Shown piece after piece: positions 28,843 to 36,514 of a stretch of 61,310 bases of DNA. The stretch is from positions 1 through 61,310 of IMG/VR virus record IMGVR_UViG_3300009506_001467. One strand, given 5' to 3'. Under the pieces are notes generated by a model, which did not search any database, was not told the DNA's origin, and worked only from the letters and a program-made list of their open reading frames with translations. Numbering within the stretch: position 1 is the stretch's first letter; each line of letters starts with the position of its first letter. The position numbers were made by a program, and so were the translations under genes. Source of the stretch: a virus. Lineage: Duplodnaviria > Caudoviricetes.

Positions 28843-30020
28843 TCCCGGCACACAACATCTGTATCCACGTCTGGAAGCCCCTGATCGTCGCCGGGACATC
28901 ATACGTTCCCCGCGGCTCTCTGATCACCGACTCGCTGATCGAGCGCATCGGGCCGGGAGACTATTCTCACACGACTCAAGCAGACGGCTGGTGGTGGAGC
29001 GCATCGCTGCGACTCTCGGGATCTATCTCCTACATAGACTGGTGGACGCTCAACGGTCTGGGTCTGCACATCGAGACGTACTCTCCCGATCGCACCTTGA
29101 TCTTTGCGGGCTTTGTCAATTCTCTAGATGCAAGCGGCGGCACGTTCTCAGGTCGTCAGGGAGCTCTGCTTGACATCGGCAACCGCATCGAAGTACAGTA
29201 CTCCCCCATTCTCGATGCAACGCTTGCCCAGCCCCTAGTCGGACCGCAACGGGTAACAACGATCGCAGAGGACACGGACTCACAAGATCGTTATGGGATT
29301 TTTGATCAGACCGTGAGCGGCGGCGAGCTGCTGGACGATGGCGTAACAGACCACGCCACACAGTACAGAGATCTCTATCTCTATGAGAACACATGGCCTC
29401 AACACTCTGAGCAGTTCTCCCTAGAGGGCTCTGCGCCCGCCTCGATCACACTAGAGATTCTAGGCTACGGACACATGTTCGATGCGATCAACTATTCCGA
29501 TCTGAACACAAACACGGTCACGATCACGACCAAGCTCGGTTACGTACTCGCAGCGGATCCCAATGGTCTGTTCAACACCTCAACCAGTTACATTGCCACC
29601 AACGCAGTGCTCGCGCCTCGGTATGATGACAAGGGACGCTCTGGGCTCACTGTGATCGAGAACTTGATCAAGCTCGGGGATGTCTCAAGCAACCGCTACC
29701 TGTGGGGGGTCAAAGCAGATCAGACCCTACACTACTGGCAAGCGCCCACGGATCCATACTATGAGCACAGAATCAGAGATCGTGTTCCTCGAGTGCTGCG
29801 CTACGGCACGTCTCAAGAGATCTACCCGTGGGACATCGAGCCGGGACGAATCGTGTTCCTGTCTGACTACCTGCTGGGTCAGAGCATACCAAGTGATCGC
29901 CGTCGCGATCCCAGATCTGTGTTCATCGAGCAGGTGCAGTATACCTATCCCTGGGACGTCTCGATCAGCGGAGCGCAGCAGTTCAAGCTCCCACAATTCC
30001 TAGCCAACGTGAGGGGATGA
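28839..30020 (+). CDS. Tail/baseplate hub-type protein
   Basis: ATGA overlap; EDTDSQDRYG motif; tail-tip position. Confidence 0.6.
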   Translation: MIPAHNICIHVWKPLIVAGTSYVPRGSLITDSLIERIGPGDYSHTTQADGWWWSASLRLSGSISYIDWWTLNGLGLHIETYSPDRTLIFAGFVNSLDASGGTFSGRQGALLDIGNRIEVQYSPILDATLAQPLVGPQRVTTIAEDTDSQDRYGIFDQTVSGGELLDDGVTDHATQYRDLYLYENTWPQHSEQFSLEGSAPASITLEILGYGHMFDAINYSDLNTNTVTITTKLGYVLAADPNGLFNTSTSYIATNAVLAPRYDDKGRSGLTVIENLIKLGDVSSNRYLWGVKADQTLHYWQAPTDPYYEHRIRDRVPRVLRYGTSQEIYPWDIEPGRIVFLSDYLLGQSIPSDRRRDPRSVFIEQVQYTYPWDVSISGAQQFKLPQFLANVRG

Positions 30021-30021
30021 G

Positions 30022-30804
30022 ATGAAACGAGCGCAGCTCAACGATCCACGAATAGACGATCTCACCACCTCGTTTTTCAACAAGCAAGACGATGTGTGGC
30101 TGCAGGATGGAAACGATGTTCACCCGGATGATGACGATTATGGTCTGTTCGATCGCCTGATCAACTATGGTTACGATCCGATCGAGCACTGGCGCTATGG
30201 CACGGATGATGACGCGGGCTGGACGGGTTGGGCTGCCTATGCGGGCTTTGTGACTCCAACGTCACGAGTGCGAAACTACTCAACCTTGAGTATAGCCCAC
30301 GGTTCGGCAACCAGAATGTTCTACTATCGTACTCTTGCTGGAGCACCAACGACCCTAAAAACTCGTTGCCGAGCGTACTGCTGGCGTACTCTTGACATGG
30401 GCATGATGTGGGATGATGGCGTAGACGCGGGCGATAACCTAGGGGCCAATAACTTTTTTCGCTATATGGTCCACGTGAGCGCAACGAACACAAACGCCCG
30501 CTTGCGTACGGAATACAGACTTGCCGCTGGCGCAATCACGACAACCGACTACCTTGTATCGACCGTAGCCAAACAAGACGGCACAGGAATCACTATGCAA
30601 GCGACCGGGACATTATGGACCGCTTGGAGCGTGTTCATCTTTCTGGAAGGCGAAAAAACGCTTCCAACAACACCTCTCTTGATCGGTACAGTAGGCGGCG
30701 CTGGACTGAACTTCACACCCACTAGGATAGGTGTGTATGCACAGTCGCCCGGCGGCCTGGCGATCGTCGGCGGTTGGGATTGGTATGATGAGGAGATCAC
30801 ATGA
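30022..30804 (+). CDS. Putative tail fibre / receptor-binding protein
   Basis: Last tail gene before lysis; beta-rich, Thr/Gly/Trp-rich C-terminal domain. Confidence 0.5.
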   Translation: MKRAQLNDPRIDDLTTSFFNKQDDVWLQDGNDVHPDDDDYGLFDRLINYGYDPIEHWRYGTDDDAGWTGWAAYAGFVTPTSRVRNYSTLSIAHGSATRMFYYRTLAGAPTTLKTRCRAYCWRTLDMGMMWDDGVDAGDNLGANNFFRYMVHVSATNTNARLRTEYRLAAGAITTTDYLVSTVAKQDGTGITMQATGTLWTAWSVFIFLEGEKTLPTTPLLIGTVGGAGLNFTPTRIGVYAQSPGGLAIVGGWDWYDEEIT

Positions 30805-32486
30805 GCGATAACCCCTACATCTGCGCTATACACGAGCCCCCGCCTGATCCGTGGCTCGAGCAGTACATGACAGTGAGCGGCAGAGCCGCAGGTTGGATCG
30901 TGCACACTCACGGACTCGGGCACAATCCAGCAGACTTGAGCGGGTACGACTACTCGAGCTGGTCGACCAGAGGATACGGCAACATAGCACGACTCAACAA
31001 CGGCTATGGACCGACGCAAGGAACGATCCCGATCGATCCTGCTCAGTATGCGAACTTTGCCATGCGAGTGCAGAACTGGGTCAAGAGCTCGAGCGGTTGT
31101 CGGCACTGGGTCATCGGCAACGAGCCGAATGCCGGAGTGGAGGGCAAGCACTCAAAAGAGCATTATGCGCAGTGTTTCAAGCTCTGCTATGCGATGATCA
31201 AAGAGGTACAGCCAGACTCGGTTGTGATGGCTGCACCCGTCGCCATGTGGAACGTTGAGACAGAGGACTGGCTCGTGTACTACTCACAGGGGCTCGAGCT
31301 CTGCGCTCCTGTGGATGCGCTCTGCTGGCACACGTACACACATGGATCAGACTCGAGCCTGATCACAGACATGACGACCATGAACGTACCCTATCAAGAT
31401 CGCCTGTACCACTTTCGAGCGTACCAGGATCTCTGGGCGTGGACGCCTGACAGATACAAGAGCTATGATGTCTACCTCACAGAGATGGATCAAGGTGACG
31501 TCGGCGGTGTGCGCAACCCCTGGCGCAACGAGCAAGGGGTGAACTGGCTGCAAGCCGCCTATGCAGAGCTCAACGAGTGGAATGAGCAGCACAGCGGGCA
31601 GATCAAGTGTGGTGCTGCGTACAGGTGGCCCAAGATAGATGAGTGGTACATTGAGAGCAAGGAACACGTCTACACAGACATGCGCCTTGCTGTGGACAGA
31701 GCATACAGAACAGAGGAGGAAACAGACATGATCTTGATCGGCAGTGAATCATTCAATGGTCCCTATGTCCCGAGAGACGATCCGAACCCGCCATACGATC
31801 AGAACGTGGGCGAGCTCAAGATCCAGCAGGGATGGGAAGGGTTCTGGGTATGGCAGGGTGTGAACCCACCCGATCCAACGCAGATGAGGCGCCCTGAGTT
31901 CTTTGTCTCTCACGGGGACGATCCGGACGATCAGCTCGATCTCTGTCAGGCGGTACAAACCACGTTCTCCACATCGGATAACTGTGTGTGGAAAAAGTTC
32001 ACGACCGCCCCCGGCGCAGAGCTGCTGGTCAACGTGCGAGCAATGATCGACAGTGATCCGCTTGCGCAGCATGCTCTAGTGATGGGCATAGACCCCCTGG
32101 GCGGCGAGGATATGTTCTCGAGCTCTGTGCAGTGGAGCGAGTGGCTCAACCAGTCTGTGCCCATGAAAAAGTGGCACGATCTGACCATAGACGGAGTGAT
32201 CGCACAGGCAAACAGGTGTACTGTGTTCTTGCGCAGCAAGACGGACTATGCCAAGAACTCGGCGGGGCACTGGGACGATCTCGAACTGTACGCAGATCTA
32301 GAGAGCCCGCCCGACCCGCCCGACCCAGGAGAGGGACATACGATCACAACCGTCTCGATCACCTATCTGGACGGAAAAGAGATCGCCCGCTCAGAGTCTA
32401 CGGCACAGATCACATGCGGTGACGTGGACCCTCAGGCATGCGCTCTGGCACAGCAGCTCGCCGCGATGCTCTGCTTGAGTGCATAA
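30801..32486 (+). CDS. Putative endolysin: GH-A clan glycoside hydrolase TIM barrel plus a CBM-like domain
   Basis: WVIGNEPN acid/base motif, HTY, VYLTE nucleophile motif; C-terminal jelly-roll-like domain ending HWDDLEL, then a Pro-rich linker. Confidence 0.7.
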   Translation: MSDNPYICAIHEPPPDPWLEQYMTVSGRAAGWIVHTHGLGHNPADLSGYDYSSWSTRGYGNIARLNNGYGPTQGTIPIDPAQYANFAMRVQNWVKSSSGCRHWVIGNEPNAGVEGKHSKEHYAQCFKLCYAMIKEVQPDSVVMAAPVAMWNVETEDWLVYYSQGLELCAPVDALCWHTYTHGSDSSLITDMTTMNVPYQDRLYHFRAYQDLWAWTPDRYKSYDVYLTEMDQGDVGGVRNPWRNEQGVNWLQAAYAELNEWNEQHSGQIKCGAAYRWPKIDEWYIESKEHVYTDMRLAVDRAYRTEEETDMILIGSESFNGPYVPRDDPNPPYDQNVGELKIQQGWEGFWVWQGVNPPDPTQMRRPEFFVSHGDDPDDQLDLCQAVQTTFSTSDNCVWKKFTTAPGAELLVNVRAMIDSDPLAQHALVMGIDPLGGEDMFSSSVQWSEWLNQSVPMKKWHDLTIDGVIAQANRCTVFLRSKTDYAKNSAGHWDDLELYADLESPPDPPDPGEGHTITTVSITYLDGKEIARSESTAQITCGDVDPQACALAQQLAAMLCLSA

Positions 32487-32503
32487 AAAAAGAAGGTGGA
32501 CAC

Positions 32504-33031
32504 GTGTTCTCTGATATAAAAGTTCTGGTCGTGGATGATGACTATGACATAAGACAGGTCACCCGCAAGGTGCTTGCCTCCATGTCGTTCACTGTGGATG
32601 TGTCGGACACACTGAGCGGGGGACTGGACAAGATCGAGGAAGCGGACATCTTGCTGCTTGATCTGCGACTCAAGAACGGCATGGGGGACACATTGCTGCA
32701 ACGATGGCGGGACGAGAAGCGGGGGCCAGTGATCGTCATGTCGGGGTACGTCGATCAAGCTCTCGAGAATGAGCTGCTTGAGAGCTATGTGGATAACGTA
32801 CTGCACAAGCCAGTACCGCCCTCAGTGCTGCGCTCCGTGTTCTTTCGGATCGGCTGTCTTGTGCGAGACGCAAAGAAACTGTCCGAGCTCACTTGTGAGA
32901 TCTCAGAGCTCAGTGAGAAGATCTCGCGGCTGCAAAGGCGGGTCTGGATCTTGACGGGGGCAGCGGTCGGGTTCGGAATCGCCGCGGGGGTCAGTGTGTC
33001 CCCGCTTCTCTCTCTGATCGGGGTCGGTTGA
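32504..33031 (+). CDS. Response-regulator receiver domain + coiled coil + C-terminal TM helix
   Basis: VLVVDDD, DILLLDLRL (phospho-acceptor Asp), VIVMSG and LHKP are all present; GTG 32504 follows AAGAAGGTGG. Confidence 0.85.
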   Translation: MFSDIKVLVVDDDYDIRQVTRKVLASMSFTVDVSDTLSGGLDKIEEADILLLDLRLKNGMGDTLLQRWRDEKRGPVIVMSGYVDQALENELLESYVDNVLHKPVPPSVLRSVFFRIGCLVRDAKKLSELTCEISELSEKISRLQRRVWILTGAAVGFGIAAGVSVSPLLSLIGVG

Positions 33032-33059
33032 TCATGATCATCATGATCATGTACATGAT
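33029..33059. repeat. ATCATG/ATGATC hexamer cluster
   Basis: tgatcatgatcatcatgatcatgtacatgat in the intergenic gap. Confidence 0.6.
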
Positions 33060-33080
33060 ACACTAGAAAAGGAGATCAAC

Positions 33081-33467
33081 ATGTTGTCAACAGTAGTACC
33101 GCTGGTAGGCTGGGTCTCTCTCGTACTGCTCATGGCGCAGCCTGTGGACTGGACATCTCCCGCCGAGGTGCTGATCTGGATCGTCTCTGGGGCGGGTGCT
33201 GGCGCGATCGCGTTTGGGCTCTGGGAGCTCTTTGAGCGATGGTGGCCCAAGCTCGCAGAGCTCTCCGCTTTCGTTGAGCGAGTGATCACACTTGCGCTCA
33301 CCGTGCTCGTGGCGCTCATTGCTTACGGGTTGCAGCTCGCGGCGAGCTATAGAACGGTCCCAGAGACGTGGATGGGAGCAATAGAGGAGATCTTTGCGAT
33401 CGCAGCGATGGCGATCATGACCGCTCTCACCATACACGGGGTCAAGCACGAGATCCAGCACTCTTGA
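33081..33467 (+). CDS. Putative holin (multi-TM membrane protein)
   Basis: 128 aa with about four hydrophobic helices; AAGGAG RBS; end of the lysis cassette. Confidence 0.6.
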   Translation: MLSTVVPLVGWVSLVLLMAQPVDWTSPAEVLIWIVSGAGAGAIAFGLWELFERWWPKLAELSAFVERVITLALTVLVALIAYGLQLAASYRTVPETWMGAIEEIFAIAAMAIMTALTIHGVKHEIQHS

Positions 33468-33570
33468 CAGAGCCCCCCGGCTCGTGCTACAATGGTAGCA
33501 CTATAGGGGAGGGCACACAGCCCAACAAGAAAAGAGACCCGCTCCCGAGAGGGCGTGAGTCTCTTTTTCT
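33464..33570 (+). ncRNA. Candidate sRNA unit (promoter plus a transcript of about 70 nt)
   Basis: TTGACA-18-TACAAT at 33464-33493, no ORF, terminator at 33527-33570. Confidence 0.45.
33527..33570. terminator. Bidirectional intrinsic terminator between the convergent late and early arms
   Basis: aagaaaagagac...gtctctttttct hairpin flanked by A and T tracts. Confidence 0.75.
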
Positions 33571-33684
33571 GTGTGAGCTGATCTGTGTGCTACAGATCGC
33601 CCCACGTTCTGTACCAGTGTGCAGAGCTGCCTTCTCCTTCCGCATCATCCCACAGCTCTGCATCCAGAGCGGACCCGGCCTCAA

Positions 33685-33963
33685 CTATGAGCTCTGGGCA
33701 ATCGTACTTTGCGAGAGCTCGCCCCCGCATTCTGGACATGTCGCTGCGCAGCTCTCGCTCTCCCAGTCCTCTCTAGTCTCTACCGTCTCAAATTGAGCGC
33801 CGCACTCGCTGGGCTCATAGCCGTTGTTGGTCCACTCCCAACCGCGCCCGAGTCCACAGTACCAGCCTACTTTTACAGTCTCGCACTCTCTGGGCAGACC
33901 GTGCACAGGATCAGCTCGCGGCTCGATCGTCCCTTCCCATGAGATGTTCTCGAGATCGCTCAT
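33685..33963 (-). CDS. Small zinc-ribbon protein
   Basis: WYCG...ECG and CPECGG motifs. Confidence 0.55.
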   Translation of the reverse strand: MSDLENISWEGTIEPRADPVHGLPRECETVKVGWYCGLGRGWEWTNNGYEPSECGAQFETVETREDWESESCAATCPECGGELSQSTIAQSS

Positions 33964-34454
33964 TGCTTGAGATCCAGTATAGACTTGCCCCGGTAGATGT
34001 GAAAGTGCTCTGAGATCTGCGCCTCGGGCAAGATGACATCACAGCGATCAACCTCTACAGGCAGACGACTATAGCCGACCGTGCCGTTCTCAGTGTAGAC
34101 GACATAGAACCGATGTGCCGCTGCTCTGCGCTCAATGAGCACGTCCCCGACCTCGGGCAGTGCGGGCTCTTTGAGTCTGCGCATGTGCTGGATCGCGGTC
34201 TGGTTGGTGAGCAGTTTCCAGTACCCAGCATAGGCGAGCTCAACCTCAACGAGATCGCCCTCAGTGAGCTCGAGCGGGACCTGTGTCGCCCACTTGCCCA
34301 TCTCCCAGCAGAACGTCCTCGTCCTCGCGTTGTGCAGGATCTGTGGCTCATCCGTCTCGATGTCCACATCATAGATCGAGTGCTCGACCTCGAGCATACA
34401 GATCTTGCGATTATGGGCTTCCCACGTTGCTGTGATCGTTGCAAGTGATCTCAT
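33960..34454 (-). CDS. Hypothetical protein
   Basis: AGGAGG RBS; ATGA overlap. Confidence 0.6.
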   Translation of the reverse strand: MRSLATITATWEAHNRKICMLEVEHSIYDVDIETDEPQILHNARTRTFCWEMGKWATQVPLELTEGDLVEVELAYAGYWKLLTNQTAIQHMRRLKEPALPEVGDVLIERRAAAHRFYVVYTENGTVGYSRLPVEVDRCDVILPEAQISEHFHIYRGKSILDLKQ

Positions 34455-34738
34455 GAGAGCTCCTCCTGTGCGTTGAGTGCTGCGTTGATCAGTCTCTGCG
34501 CCATCCATCGGATCTGACCTTGCAGAGCTTGATCGACGGACTCGGGATCTCTGCCGATCTCGAGCTGCGAGCGCATGATCTTGATCTGCTCAACGATCTC
34601 GCTCGCAAACTGAGCGCAGATCTGCTCATTGTACTGCTCTCGAGCCTCTCGGGCAGCTCGCTGCGCTTGCTTGAGCTGATCCTTGATCTGGTACGTCTCT
34701 GTGTGTACGCTGTACAAGCTATAGTCCCCGTTCCCCAT
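34451..34738 (-). CDS. Hypothetical coiled-coil protein
   Basis: GAGGAG RBS before ATG 34738. Confidence 0.6.
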   Translation of the reverse strand: MGNGDYSLYSVHTETYQIKDQLKQAQRAAREAREQYNEQICAQFASEIVEQIKIMRSQLEIGRDPESVDQALQGQIRWMAQRLINAALNAQEELS

Positions 34739-34771
34739 TGTAGATCTCCTCTCTGTCCTGCTTGTGTGTGT

Positions 34772-34913
34772 ACTGCTCCCCTGATCTTTGACTCTCGGAT
34801 GCTGCGCTTGAGTACTTGCTCCGTAGAGCTTGCAGGTTTTCCCCAACCCTCTAGGTCGGATGCCTCTGTACTCGAGCGAGTTCTCCCCGAGAGTCAAAGA
34901 TCAGGGGAGCAGT
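34772..34913. repeat. Perfect 27-bp inverted repeat enclosing further stems (rod-like structured RNA/DNA)
   Basis: actgctcccctgatctttgactctcgg (34772-98) is the reverse complement of 34887-34913; inner stems cgcttgagtac/gtactcgagcg, tagag/ctcta, ggtt/aacc. Confidence 0.85.
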
Positions 34914-34916
34914 GTA

Positions 34917-35186
34917 CTAGTCCAGTCCCGTTGCCTCAACAAACGTGAGCATGTGCTTTGTCAGTGCGATCAACGTGTGCGGTGTGTGTGAGAGCTGCTC
35001 TCCCGTGAACCCGCTGGTCTGCTTGTCGTATCCCTCAGTGCCATCGCTGCTCTGTGACGTGCTCTCTACAGATACGAGCTCAAAGCTCTCGAAAGTCTGC
35101 GTCCAGGTGTACGTGTGCCAACTATGCAGTGTGTACTCGTTGACTCTGTGTACCGTCTCGTATGTGACCGTGACTTGCTTGCTCAT
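34917..35186 (-). CDS. Hypothetical protein
   Basis: GAGGAG RBS; first gene after the promoter at 35232-35260. Confidence 0.55.
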   Translation of the reverse strand: MSKQVTVTYETVHRVNEYTLHSWHTYTWTQTFESFELVSVESTSQSSDGTEGYDKQTSGFTGEQLSHTPHTLIALTKHMLTFVEATGLD

Positions 35187-35231
35187 CTGTGCTCTCTCCT
35201 CTGTCGTATTGTTTACTCACTGTCAAGAGCC

Positions 35232-35260
35232 ATTGTATCATAACACAGAGAACTTGTCAA
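35232..35260 (-). promoter_or_regulatory. Early promoter
   Basis: TTGACA-17-TACAAT plus the TGACAGTGAG leader motif. Confidence 0.7.
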
Positions 35261-35265
35261 GGCCC

Positions 35266-35371
35266 AAAAAAGAAAGCGAGCGCATGGGGGGATAATATGC
35301 GCTCGCTTCTCGGCCCAGTAGAGCCACTCGGTTGTATGCTCATTGTACCACGTCTCACTGCTCACTGTCAA
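35266..35371 (-). ncRNA. Candidate sRNA unit A
   Basis: TTGACA-18-TACAAT (35371-35342), then about 70 nt ending in an aagcgagcgcat/atgcgctcgctt stem and U tract. Confidence 0.5.
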
Positions 35372-35384
35372 GACCCCCGGCACA

Positions 35385-35493
35385 GCAAAAGGACCGAGCG
35401 GTCCCGGTGCGGGGTTCTCGATCCTTTTTCTGCGGGTAGAGCTATAGGAGTCTGTGTACGCTCATTCTACCACGTTCTGTGTGCTCTTGTCAA
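35385..35493 (-). ncRNA. Candidate sRNA unit B
   Basis: TTGACA-18-TAGAAT (35493-35464), then about 75 nt ending in an aaaggatcgag/ctcggtccttt stem and U tract. Confidence 0.5.
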
Positions 35494-35497
35494 CAGA

Positions 35498-35722
35498 TCA
35501 GGTCAGTGCGTCCAGCTCCTCAGGTGTGAGCTCTAGACCAAGCGATCTCGCATGCTTCTCTGCAAGATACCGACTCACTTGCCTGTCTGTGGGCTCTAGA
35601 GCTTTCTGTATGAGTCGCCGCAGCTCTTGCAGCTCGTCCACTGTTAGACCTACAACGATCCGAGATCCAATGGTCAGCCTGTGCAGTCCCTCACTCTTGC
35701 GCTCGAGCTTGATCACTCTCAC
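35498..35722 (-). CDS. Hypothetical protein
   Basis: GTGA overlap with the upstream gene. Confidence 0.5.
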   Translation of the reverse strand: MRVIKLERKSEGLHRLTIGSRIVVGLTVDELQELRRLIQKALEPTDRQVSRYLAEKHARSLGLELTPEELDALT

Positions 35723-36135
35723 TTGATCGTCTCACTCTCAGGAGAGCTCATCTCGATGCCCCAGATCCGATGCACCGCTCTGCTCACTCGCTCAACGTCT
35801 CCGAGCGTATGGCGGGTCAAGCTCTCGGCGCAAGGGAACACGTACTCAAAGAACTGTGCCAGCAAGATCGCCCTGTTCTCGTGCTCGATGTGCTGCTCGA
35901 GCTGCTCGATGCTCATATTGTGGCCCATGATGTGCGCGTCCCCATGCGCAAGACCGATCCTGATCTCTACTGGTTTGATCTTGAGCTCGCCGTGCGCAAG
36001 TGCATCCGGATCGATCTCTTTGATCACAAAGATCTCAGCCCAGCCCTTCTCTAGTACAATCGTTGCCTTGACAAAGGTCTGCGAGCTCTCAACTCTGATC
36101 TCTGGGTATGTTCTCTCGCTCACATTGCCCTCCAT
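35719..36135 (-). CDS. Hypothetical protein
   Basis: Packed operon ORF. Confidence 0.55.
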   Translation of the reverse strand: MEGNVSERTYPEIRVESSQTFVKATIVLEKGWAEIFVIKEIDPDALAHGELKIKPVEIRIGLAHGDAHIMGHNMSIEQLEQHIEHENRAILLAQFFEYVFPCAESLTRHTLGDVERVSRAVHRIWGIEMSSPESETIK

Positions 36136-36443
36136 AACGCATCACTGACCATCTGCAACGATCTGGCGTCGGCTTTCGCAAAGTCTCCCGGTTCCGAGAT
36201 CTCTGCGTTGAGTACAGAGCCGATCAGTGCGCACGTCTCGAGCTCTGCCGCCCGTTCTCGAGCTGCGGACACGCTCATGGGAAGGCTTGCTATGTTGACA
36301 TCGATCACAGCATCCAGCACCTTGCGCGATCCGCTCACCACCGCCAGACTCTTTCGGATGATGATATCCGCGCCGCCTCTGTACTGTACTCTGATCTCCG
36401 CATCTGTTGAGCTCGTTTTCACTGAGATCTCCACGTCGTTCAT
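36120..36443 (-). CDS. Hypothetical protein
   Basis: AGAGAGGG RBS; packed operon ORF. Confidence 0.55.
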   Translation of the reverse strand: MNDVEISVKTSSTDAEIRVQYRGGADIIIRKSLAVVSGSRKVLDAVIDVNIASLPMSVSAARERAAELETCALIGSVLNAEISEPGDFAKADARSLQMVSDALWRAM

Positions 36444-36514
36444 GATCCCTCTCTTTCAGTGTGTGTGAGAGAGCTCTGCCCAGTGCAGAGCTCTCTAGTC
36501 TCGATGCTAGTACA

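Noticed and set aside
24682-30804. Diversity-generating retroelement targeting tail genes
   Set aside because: No reverse transcriptase motif in any ORF and no adenine-mismatched TR/VR pair noticed
34739-34897. N-terminal extension of ORF 34451..34897 through the long hairpin
   Set aside because: A clear GAGGAG RBS precedes ATG 34738; the upstream TTG start has no RBS and lies within the inverted repeat
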